Below, one piece after another: positions 1-11,100 of a stretch of 42,315 nucleotides of DNA. The stretch spans positions 1 to 42,315 of the forward strand of contig DF237659.1 in the NCBI GenBank assembly GCA_000708835.1, written 5' to 3'. A model generated the notes under the pieces. The model had not been told where the DNA came from. It saw only the letters and a program-made list of their open reading frames with translations, and ran no database searches. Numbering within the stretch: the first letter of the stretch is position 1; each line of letters begins with the position of its first letter. This DNA comes from Klebsormidium nitens (lineage: Eukaryota > Plantae > Klebsormidiophyceae). Made by a program: the position numbers and the translations under genes.

Positions 1-584
1 CGCGGTGATCGAAAATGTCCGGAAATCGTCGTGGGGTGGTGACGTGGCGTCCTCTACGGTACATGCAACAGAATTTACCGTCACTGCCGAATCCGGCACG
101 AGCGTTAACGCATTTCCACCGTACGATCCGTCCGGGGCGATCCTGGCCGTCCAGATAAGCCTGAACTTCATTTGGTAGGCCCGTGCATTTTCCCGGATTC
201 CAAACTGCCACCCAGAAGCTTCCGCGCGCGGTAACGGTGAACGAAAGGCCTTTCGCCGACAGAATCTTGTCAAGTTTGTCAAGCCCTCTGCGAGCGCCAC
301 GTGGAAAATATCTCGGGCTTTGTCTTGCTTGAGGTTTGAAAATGGAGTCAAAGTACCTAAAAGTCAAACCTTTCAATCCAACGGTTTATGATGCACTGCC
401 TGATCCGGCGGCCCGGGAAGCAGTTAGCGGACCGGGGCTCTGAGCCCGGATCGTCCGGGAAGAACAACTTAACTAGGCCCATCAATTACAGCTTTCGTTT
501 CGAAGACGACTGTGAGTCCCATTCAAATTATCATGTGTTGCTTGTCGTGGAACAGAGTAGCCGTCGCCCTCATGTACTGGTCAG

Positions 585-1186
585 GTAAGGGCACTCCCCC
601 GGGTGCTTCCTCGGAGCCCGGGATATGGAGGTTGGCACTGGATCTTGAAAGTTGACGGTTGACCGTTTTGGGTGATTGGAGACCGTGGTTCGTAACCCGG
701 TCTCGTTACCTAGATGGTACCGCCTGCTACCGGTCTGAGCCCGGGTGAGTTGACCTTGGTCCCGGGTACAATAACCGAGCCTTTTAAAACTCCTGCCTTG
801 TGCTGAAAGGATGCTCGGAAGCCCCTACCAAGGCCCCGTCTCGTCAACCATGCACTCAATAAACCAACGGTACCGTACCCGCGCTTCTTGCTGCCTTGTC
901 ACGACGTTCATGCTGAGAAGACGCCAGGCTGAAAGGCGCAGACTGCTGAGTTCATGAACATAGGTAGCTAGGACCTAGCCTCACCTAGGTCCTAGGTGTT
1001 TCACAAGTAGTTGGCGGCAGGAGGAAGAAGAGCTCAAGCATTGTTTGGTCCTTCACCATCAGGGCGCCGACTCCCTGCCTTACCTGATTTATGCTCACAT
1101 AACAGCAAGTCGTTGGGGCGTCCTATCATCTGCTTATTATCCGATCTACGTGCTTCAAAAGTCTTGTTGCCCCTCCGTGTTTACAG
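585..1186 (+). other. Probable 5'-UTR intron of the carrier gene
   Basis: Consensus donor CAG|gtaagg at 585 and pyrimidine-rich acceptor ccctccgtgtttacag ending 1186, upstream of the ATG at 1253. No transcript evidence. Confidence 0.4.
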
Positions 1187-1252
1187 CCCCCCTTCTCCAG
1201 TTCATAGAGGAAGCTTGCATTTTGAAGGGCGTGCTAGAGTATCAGGAGACTG

Positions 1253-4200
1253 ATGGCTCTATCCTATGCCAGGGGGGTGGGCACCCCCCTAAATCTGGGC
1301 CAAGTGGGGCCTTTGTTAGGCAGCAGATCGTGGATAGATCCTCCACGGCCCTTCTTGTATCCACCATATGTGGCAAGAAGGGGCTTTATGGGGCGAAGAG
1401 CAGGAGACCTTGCCGATCTGGTGTCTCCAAGGCCCGCCTGCCGGTGTGCGGGTTTAGAAAGCATGTTAGGAAAGGAGCAAAGGCGGAAAGAGGTGCACAG
1501 TGTGCGCCCGAGGGCGGGGAAGAGGCTGAGCGAGGGTCAAAGACAAGGGGGCGTGCAGGAGAAGGAAGGAGACGGAGAACAAAGACACAGTATACCCCTG
1601 TGGAAGTCCTTCTTAGGAGTGACGGCAGGTTTGGCCCTCTGCACCAGTCTGCATGTGGGCCAAGCACATGCGCTTGAGTTAGATCAACCAGGGGTTGTAA
1701 CAGAGACCTCACTAGCAACTCAAATAGGGGTTGCAACAGAGTCCTCACTAGCAACAGAGACTCTCTTAGAAAGGAGATCGAATGTGACAGACGACCCCCT
1801 AGACAGCGATGTCACACTCCCAAGTGCAGGCATGCCAGTCCAGTTCACGGTCGACAGTCCTGGGGGCACAGACGCTCCTGTTTCAGGGGAGGCTCCCAAC
1901 CCTGTCCTTGACATCAGCGTAGAGAGCAGGAAGTCTGACGGGTCAGAGGGCGCATCTGGAGAGAGGAAGAGGCGGACAAGCAACGGGATCGCGGCCGCCG
2001 CGGCCGCTGTGGCGGGGGTGTCTTTAGTCGCCTCTGGAGGGTCTACGGCTGCGGCGGCAGGCGCAACTTCTGCCGCTGTTGCAACAGCCGGGGGGGCTGC
2101 GGCAGGGGCGACTACAGGGGGGGCTTTGTTGGCGGCGTCCACTCTTCCTGTCTCTCATGCGGTGGCTACAGCAGCCACTACAGCAGCCACTCTTCACGCT
2201 GCGGAAGCAGTTGGAGCGACTGTGGCTGCTTCTGTCCTAGCAGGGGGAACTGCCGCGGCCTCTGGTGCCGCCGCGCCCGCGGTGATGTCAGCGGCAGTTG
2301 GAGCAGGGGCCGTTGCGGCGGGGACGACGTCAGCGGTTGTTGCGGCGGGGCTCGCCTCAGCGGCAGCAGGCTCCGCAGGGGCAGCGTCAGTGGCTACTGG
2401 GGCGACGTCAGCGGTTGCGGGAGCGACATCTGCGGCATTGGGGGCTGCATCAGCGGTTGCAGGGGCAACTCCAGCGGTGACAGCAGCAGTGGTTGGGGCG
2501 ACGTCAGCAGTGGCAGGGGCGACGTCAGCAGTCGCGGCGACGACCTCCGCGGTGACGTCAGCAGCAGCAGCAACGACCTCAGCGGTGACATCAGCAGCAG
2601 CCGCGACAACCTCAGCGGTGACGTCAGCAGCGGCGGGCGCAGCCGCGAGCACCGCAGTCCCCTCCTCGGCGATCCTCGCGACCTCGCTCCCCGCGGCAGT
2701 CGCCAGCAAGGCCGTCGTTGCTTCTTCAGCGGGTGCGGTTTCCAGCACCGTCGCTTCGACCATCCCCGCCGTCGTGGCAAAGTCGGGGGCAAGTGCGGCC
2801 GCCACCTCAGCGCTGACGTCAGCGGGCGCGGTGTGCACCACCCCCGTGAGGGCGGTTGCTCACGCTGCCACGTCAGCGGTTTTGGAAGGGGGGGCCGCTG
2901 CCGTTACTGCGGCAGAGAGCGTTGCGGTCGCGCATTCTGCTGCGGTGTTGACTCAGTCGGGGCTTGCGTCGGCGATCGCGAGCTCGGCGCATCATTTTGT
3001 GGAGGGTGGCGTGGCGGGCGCAGTGGGGGCGACTGTTGTGTGCCCAATTGGTGAGAAGTGACGTTGAAGGGCATTGCAGTATTGAGTGCGGTTCTGCTCG
3101 CAAAGCTATGCATCTGCTGTTTTGTCGTTTACTGAGATTGCTGGGGAAGTTGTATTGTCTAAGAAGTACGGAATGGAACAAGGTCTGGTCAATTGCATTG
3201 TAATCCATCTTTGCCTGTAGGCCAGTCAGAGCACGCTTACTTCTGGTCAAGATGGAAAGTACATCAACGTTCATACAAAGGACTTTGTGGCTTTGAATTC
3301 AATTACTAACCTCGTCTTTCCAATCTTGCAGACGTTGTCAAGACCCGTATGCAAGGCCAGGAGACCAAGAAGGGGGAAAAGCCTAAGTACGCCAACCCGG
3401 CCGACTGCGTGGTTCAGATACTGAAGGAGGAGGGGCCCGGCGCATTCTTCTTGGGCCTCATCCCTCAGGTAATGAACCCTCCAAATGCATGGGCCCTTTG
3501 GTCCCTTGTATGTAATGACGGTTCAGAAATCCTGGTCAGTTAGCCCTTTCAACCTTGTCAGTGGACTGGTTTGCGTCCTGTTTGCGTCCTGATGCTTGTT
3601 GCCATGACAATTTCTAGCATGGGCGTTACTGTCCTGTAAGATCCGACTTCCATATTTGTAAAAGAGTCACCATACTAGATTGTTACATATAGAAGGAAAA
3701 ACTCTTTGTTCTTTAGTTAAGATTTGACTCCTAAAGCACTCCCAAGCGTCATCCACAACCCCATGGCAAGTTCGACACATTGTTTTCTAAGTATAAGTTT
3801 TGCAAACCATCATCCTCAATCCCCTAAGACTCGTATCCCTTGCCCCGCAGCTGCTTGGCGTCGCCCCTGAGAAGGCCATGAAGCTGACGGTGAACGACTT
3901 GCTCATGAGCGTTCTGGAAAGCTACATCCCGGGGGCTCGCCTCTGGACGCTGGAGCTCTTTGCCGGCAGCGGAGGAGGCCTAGCTCAGGTCGTCTTCACA
4001 AACCCGGTGAGTGACTCCTATCGGATTGTCAGAGGACTTGTTTGGTTGGTCATTCTTGTTCTGCCGCCATTGCTTGATCGAAGAAAGGCGCGGCTTTATT
4101 TTGATTTGTCTATCAGAAACGTCCGTTTGCCTCAGTGTGCTTTTTCTGCCCGATCTGGACAAGTGATAGCTTCTTGAAAATCCTTCAGGGTACCACCCCT

Positions 4201-5504
4201 TTTCTAGCAGCATCCCGATTCACCTGTTCTTGATTCATGGTCTTACTGCCTTCTCTCCTTCCCTAACCGGAACTTGATCAGGATCAGTAACATATTAACC
4301 AACCAATGTTGATTTCCGGCTGATAACGTTTTTCTCTTCCCCTCAGATGGAGATGGTCAAGATCCGGCAGCAGATGCAAGGCCCCGCCGACGCTGGCCAC
4401 GCCAAGAAAACAGCTCTCGAGATCGCACGCGAGCTCGGCCCCGCCGGTTTATACCAGGGCAGCATCGCCACGCTGCTGCGCGAGATCCCGTCGTCCGCCA
4501 TTTTCTTCGGCTGCTACATCGTGTTGAAAGATTCTTTCCCGGATCAGCCGTTCATCGCCGGCTGCCTCGCGGCTGCGCCCGCGGCGTTCCTGTGCACGCC
4601 CATGGACGTCGTCAAGACTCGCATGCAGGTGAGAAGGTCTTAAGCTTTTTGGGATTTCGGTTGTGTTTCAGGTTGAGTAAGGGACGGAGTCTGGTTTTCA
4701 GGCTTTGGTTTTGGGCTGCGGTAAGGACAGAATTGTGCTTATTGGGCTCTTGTGCTGGGTTTGATACGGGAAAGATCGTGCTTTTGGCGGGTGAACATGC
4801 CAGATGCCCGGGTTGGCTAGTCCACGAGTTAGAATTTGAAATCATGATGGGTCCAATCGCCGGTTCAGGGCTTGACGTTGTGCTTTCTGTCCTTTTTTGT
4901 GTGGTAGCGATCCATGACGGTGGTACTTGCTCTTTTCTGAGCGTTTGCTGAGTGTCACAAACGCTCAGCAAAGCATCACTTCAAGGGGCACTCGATCTTC
5001 GAACAAACGCCCAGCAAATTGCATAAGTTCCGCTCTTGAAAGTTGCGATCTGTTTCCGTTGTGCAGATGGAGCGGAAGGAGGGCGAGGTGGTGCTCGGGT
5101 TCTGGGACACGACCCAAAAGATCATTCGGGAGGAGGGGCCAAAGGCCCTCTTCAACGGCGGGCTCACCCGCGTGCTCCGAGTTAGCCCCCAGTTCGGTGA
5201 GAATCTGTTTCTAGCAAGGCCTTCGGAATGCAGTTCAGCATACCCAAGCTCTCCTTTGATTGACGTTCTCACTTAAGTTGACTGATGCTTCTGTGTGTGA
5301 TAAAAAGCAGATTTTGGTGTTTGCTTTGCTCCTCACTTGGGGTGCAAGTGACTTCGGTCTCAGATTCTGTTTGTATTTGGATGCCAGGCGATGCCCTAAG
5401 TCGGTTGCTGTGTCAAGCACGCTCTCCCAGCATCTTACAGAGATCCGCTTTCATTTGCTGCAGGGATCACTCTGGCTGTGTACGAGCTTCTGAATCACTG
5501 GTAA
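1253..5504 (+). CDS. Mitochondrial carrier family (SLC25) protein, citrin/aralar (aspartate-glutamate carrier)-like, with long N-terminal extension; 6 exons, ~847 aa
   Basis: Exons 1253-3050, 3332-3468, 3851-4006, 4347-4628, 5067-5196 and 5464-5504 join in frame through GT-AG introns (2544 nt, ends TAA). Three carrier repeats carry the signatures PIDVVKTRMQ, PMEMVKIRQQ and PMDVVKTRMQ. PQLLGVAPEKAMKLTVND, LLREIPSSAIFF and RVLRVSPQFGITLAVYE match the AGC subfamily pattern as I recall it. Confidence 0.88.
2030..3000 (+). repeat. Ala/Thr/Ser/Gly low-complexity coding region with tandem peptide repeats (GATSAVA-like 7-mers; AVTSAAAATTS 11-mers x3)
   Basis: Visible in the translation of exon 1 of the carrier; recurrent gcgacgtcagcggt-like DNA units at about 2390-2640. 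Confidence 0.85.
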
Positions 5505-6661
5505 CACCAGCCGGTCTGCAATTGTTCAAGTCGACTCGACATGCTTTTGCGCAGAGTCAGGATAGAAATTGTTACATACTCGCAGGTAGATAGTGGGTTG
5601 ATATCATTCTTTCGGGGCCTCTAGAAAAGAGGTACATAGAAAAGTGGGCGGGGAAGTTGATTGGTTAGCAGCCTGTCATTTGTACAGTGGGTTTTCGTCA
5701 GACTGGTGTGTACAACAAGAGATTGAGACAATTTCGAGAAAGGCACAGAAGTTCTTGCCACAACGTAGTGCTGGATTAGGTTTCGACGAGTAGTTCAAGT
5801 TTGCATAGTCCGAATGAGAAAGTTGTTAGAAAGGCATTTTGTTCATAATCTTGGTCAGATTAAATATGCAACCTTGTCATTTGTGATCATTTGTTAACAG
5901 GTTGAAGGCAGTGCTTCTTGGGCGCTTCCCAAATCGGGCAGGAACCTGGCTGTTGATTGGACATCCCGTATTTGACTCGCTGCAAACCTGCAAGGCATCC
6001 TGAGCGATATATATAACATGTGCGCATCAACATATTTGTTTCATGGAATTAGGGTTGCTGGCCGCCATGTTTGATCCCCAGTCAGCCAGCTCGGAAGTCA
6101 CATGCCAGCGTAACGTTCAAAAACGTACTCAGCAACATTTGCCAGCATCTGGTATATGCTGGCACTTGGCATCTGGCATCCATGCGTTAAACCACCACCC
6201 GCGATTTATAATCGGGCAAATTTAAAATGCTGACGTGGCATAACTTGCCAACGGTCGTCGAGACCGTGAAATTCAAACTGCGACCATGGGGCGCACCATT
6301 CTGAACACTGATCGAAAAGGGCGCTCCCGCCTGCAACTGCGGCATCAAATCTCCACCAAACTTGGCGGTGTCAAGCTTGTTCGCCAGGAACAGGCCCCGC
6401 TGGGACGCGCTCCTTTTTCCAGCTTCAAAAACCACCAAAAATAAGGCCAGGAAGCACAATAACGATGCTCTTACCTTATAGACGCTATTTTAGCTCGTTT
6501 TGAGGGCTGAAAAGACTGGCGCTGTCTTTTGAGGCCTGCATGTGGCGACTAAGCTTGGCACCGCCAGCAAACGGCATGATCTTGGCAGTCTAGAAGGTGC
6601 TAGGGAGCCATTTCTGCATGGTGCCAAAAGCTTGCGCCCCATGAGAGAACTTGAACTTCTC

Positions 6662-7368
6662 NNNNNNNNNNNNNNNNNNNNNNNNNNNNNNNNNNNNNNN
6701 NNNNNNNNNNNNNNNNNNNNNNNNNNNNNNNNNNNNNNNNNNNNNNNNNNNNNNNNNNNNNNNNNNNNNNNNNNNNNNNNNNNNNNNNNNNNNNNNNNNN
6801 NNNNNNNNNNNNNNNNNNNNNNNNNNNNNNNNNNNNNNNNNNNNNNNNNNNNNNNNNNNNNNNNNNNNNNNNNNNNNNNNNNNNNNNNNNNNNNNNNNNN
6901 NNNNNNNNNNNNNNNNNNNNNNNNNNNNNNNNNNNNNNNNNNNNNNNNNNNNNNNNNNNNNNNNNNNNNNNNNNNNNNNNNNNNNNNNNNNNNNNNNNNN
7001 NNNNNNNNNNNNNNNNNNNNNNNNNNNNNNNNNNNNNNNNNNNNNNNNNNNNNNNNNNNNNNNNNNNNNNNNNNNNNNNNNNNNNNNNNNNNNNNNNNNN
7101 NNNNNNNNNNNNNNNNNNNNNNNNNNNNNNNNNNNNNNNNNNNNNNNNNNNNNNNNNNNNNNNNNNNNNNNNNNNNNNNNNNNNNNNNNNNNNNNNNNNN
7201 NNNNNNNNNNNNNNNNNNNNNNNNNNNNNNNNNNNNNNNNNNNNNNNNNNNNNNNNNNNNNNNNNNNNNNNNNNNNNNNNNNNNNNNNNNNNNNNNNNNN
7301 NNNNNNNNNNNNNNNNNNNNNNNNNNNNNNNNNNNNNNNNNNNNNNNNNNNNNNNNNNNNNNNNNNNA
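6662..7368. other. Assembly gap (707 N) flanked by an exact 55-nt direct duplication
   Basis: 6607-6661 is identical to 7369-7423. Confidence 0.95.
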
Positions 7369-7407
7369 GCCATTTCTGCATGGTGCCAAAAGCTTGCGCC
7401 CCATGAG

Positions 7408-7436
7408 AGAACTTGAACTTCTCAAGTTCAAGTTCT
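7408..7436. repeat. Perfect 13-bp-stem hairpin (agaacttgaactt-ctc-aagttcaagttct)
   Basis: Reverse-complement arms read directly from the sequence. Confidence 0.9.
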
Positions 7437-8175
7437 GAGGAGCGCCGGCATCCCGGCGGCATTTATAGGTTGGGGGTGGTGGTTTAAGGCGGCTCTAAGA
7501 TTGATCCTCAACATCTACATAAGATCGAATATAGCTGCATACACAGTCACATAATATGAGATGCCGCATGATGACCTTGCTCATGGCGGCTGTACACCTA
7601 TACTTACCCCATGTGCGCCCAACTCCTGCACCCGCGGCCCAAAATCATGAAGCATATACGCTTTCAACATCTACCGTCATGTTCAAAATAGCCAGCCAAT
7701 CAGAAGTATACCTACATGTAAGATGTATGACCTGTAGTGTATACCGTCTTCGCGCAGAATTAGAAAGCAACATCCAAAAGTTCGAAATACGTATAGATTG
7801 CATCACGCCTCTCATTTTTCAAAGTGTGCACATGTAATCAGGGTGAGGACCGAGGAAGCATGCAATTTCCTCCGTTCAAGACTGCTCGTTCAATGATTTC
7901 ATTTCACAACCGACCGTTTTACCGGTACGGGTACAAGTTCAATTGAGGGCAATGTAAGTGTGGAGCTGACGATATGCACAGGCCAGCAGATCCATCACGA
8001 CGACCATCTTTGAACGCAGCAACCCCCATCTGGTCAGAGCTAGGCTAAGCTAAACTGCTTCGGACTGAGCTCCCGAAACCCATATCAACAGCAACCTACT
8101 AGCTAGTCCAAAGCAGAGAAAGGAAACCAGCCCCACGTGTCCAAGCTTCCGCGTCTAGCATCCCGTTTTTCCGCT

Positions 8176-11100
8176 CTACTTCGCTGCGTACCAATTCTTG
8201 GCGTGCTTCGCATCGACCGCCAACGCCACTTTCAGAATGTTCTCGCCATCGAATGGATGCGCCATGGCATGAACCACACGGCTCAAGGCCTCGTCCGCGC
8301 TCTCCTCCGGCCCTTCCAGGATCATCTCGTCGTGCACTTGCAGCAAAAGCCGCCACCCTAGTTCCGCCAGCCGGGCGTCGCGGGACAGCTCCAGCATGGC
8401 CAGCATCGCCACGTCAGCAGCGCTCCCCTGTGAGCACGCGAAAGAGGTCAGAAAAGCCGAAATAAGAACGCGGCTGCGTTGCAGAATCTGCCGCCTTTTA
8501 CCCTTTTCAAAGAATGCTCTTCGCAAACTGAAAAGTGACCAAGACTTTCTCCCTCTTCGGCAATTGAAAGCCTTTCCCCTACTAAACTGCCTGAACCAGG
8601 CAGTCGCCTGGTCTATCGAACCGATTACCACAGCTTCTGCGCGAGTTCATCCCCTTCTACCGAGAACGAAATACAAGATCCGGACATCCTCGCTCTTTTT
8701 GACACCTTTTTCTACTGCGCTCTGCATCCCAGCTGCTTTCCAAATGAGTCTCGGCGACCGCCCTACCTGCACGGGGGTGTTGATGGCTGCCCGCTCCATG
8801 TGGCTCTCCAGCAGCCGGTTCCTGCTGTTGATGTCGGGCAAGCGCCGCCGCCGCCCGAGCAGCGTCGGGACGTACCCCGTCTTCTTGGCCTCCTCGATGC
8901 GCGCCTTCTGCCACCGCTTCACCTCCTGCCGCGCCGCGTACCACAGCTTCACCGTCTCCTGCGCCTCCTCCAACGTCACCTGGAGAGACACGACACTTGG
9001 ATGACGTCATGACTGCGTTGATGTGAACTCATGGGGAGGTTTAAGTAGAGGAAAGAGATTCAACCTTCACCTCCTGGGCACGCCGCGTACCACAGGTTCA
9101 CCGTCTTCTCTGCGGCTCCTCCAGCGTCATTTCGAGGGTTTGGCACTCGGATGACGTCACGGTTACGTCAAAATGAATGTCGTGGGGAGGTTCCAAACGA
9201 GTACAAGAGTTCAAACAAAACCTGCTCTCATGGCGGACCGCAGATTTACCTCTGTCCTGCGCCTCCTATTACGTCACTCACCGACTGAAGTTTGTGTTTT
9301 CAACACAAACAGGATTGATTGAATCATGGAGAGGACTGAAGCTACGCTTCATAGTGCAACCAAGTAGGGTCGGGCAAGAATCACGCTCACGACGTCCTGA
9401 CCTGGCTTGCGACAAGCTCTCATTGTCTAACTTAAAATCTGAGACCTGGAAGGAACTTCCAATGCCACGAGCACGCCGCCAACCTCGACCCAAGAGCCAA
9501 CCCTCTGCTGACGTCACGAAAGAGACCGGCCACCCAAGAGCCAAACCCTGCTGACTTCATGGACAAATCCCACCACAACCCGCCCACCTTCCAGTCCTTG
9601 CTCAGCCCCGCCGCCGTTTTCCCATACGCGATGGAGAAGTTGAGCATCTTGGCCTTGCGGCGCTCCGCCCCGAAGACGTCCTTGAGCATCGGCGCGGGCG
9701 CGGGAACGGTGCCGTCTTTTGAGTCCCACTCGAGGAGGACCTCGCCGCGCTCTACGGCTTCCCGGACGTGCGCGTACATGTTGACGGCTGTGCGCGAGTG
9801 GAAGTCGCCACCCGCCTCGAAAGCGTCTTTCATGCTCTGGCAGTCGGCCAGGTGGGCGAGCAGGCGTAGCTCCAACTGGGGGTGAGAGGGGGGGTTCAGT
9901 ATCGTGGGGGAGGGGGGGTGACAGGATAGCGGGATAACTATTGAATGGACACGGACAATATTCCGTCGCTTCCAACGCGTTTTCCATTCTCTGGCAGGTG
10001 GCAATTTGCGCAGAATGAGAGTAGGGGGGTCAGACTGAAAATAGCATGGGGGGGTAACATCAAACAGAGTTCGGGTTGACATCCGAGTGGAGACAGAAAA
10101 GTTAATCCGCTGAGTGACCCAAACAAGAGTCTGTGACCTCCGGCGCCACCGACTAGTAGTGGGCCAGCTTTGCGAGTCGCTGCAACCTCAAGTGGGGCCG
10201 AGAGGGGACGGTCCGACTGCAAGCAAGCAGTTCTTCTGCAGGAACTTGTAACAGCCGACTTGAAAACTCCTGAGTTGACTAGTTCCTCGAACTCTAGAGC
10301 AACCTACTTCAAACGGAGGAATATACACAAACTAATCGGTGGGCCTTACCTGACCATAATCAGCCACGATGAGCGTGTTGCCTGGGGATGCCACAAAGGC
10401 CTGTCGAATCTTGTAGCGGTCTTTCTCGAGGGCGGGCTGGTTCTGCAGGCGGAAAGGGAAATGGCTACAGATGTACTCGTATCGAAACCCGACAAGCAAC
10501 GACAAAAGTTGGAGATAATGAGGCAATCAAAATCAGTTGTTTCGCCAAACATTCCTTTGATCGGCTAGGTGAGATAAATTCCAAAAGGAAGTGTGTACCA
10601 GCTTGGGTGCAACGTAAGCTGGAACTGCATCAAAGAAGGAAAGCAAGTAATCAACCTATCAAACTAGTCTGGACAGACGACATTGATGCAGCGGATTGGG
10701 CCAGAAGAACAAAACCACAACAAAAGTTTTAACATCTTGCCTGCAGGTTGGGCTTCCTGGCGCTGAGCCGGCCCGTCTCGGTGTTGATGTTGAGCGAGCA
10801 GTGCACCCGCTTGTCCGGACCCAGCATCTGGTCTCCTTGGAGCGGCTGAATGAACCCCGACAGCAGCGTGCTAATCGCGGAAACTTCGATCAGCGCCGCG
10901 ATTGCGTGGCACGCTGCCTTGCCTTGAACGCCCCCTCCGAAGGCGGCGTATGCGGTGCCGTACTTGGAGACGTCGTCCTTTGGAGCGTCCTGCAGACAGC
11001 GGGGCAATTAACATAACCATACCGTCTAATGGTGATAGATCTACGGAACTGAAAGCACTGAAAATCGTTGACTGACCAACCTAAAACCCTAAGGACAAAA

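Noticed and set aside
1386-3274. Several long antisense or alternative-frame ORFs over the carrier exon 1 (e.g. 2194-2841)
   Set aside because: Shadow ORFs of GC-rich low-complexity codons.
6490-7462. 250-310 aa ORFs spanning 6490-7462
   Set aside because: Artefacts of translating through the N gap.
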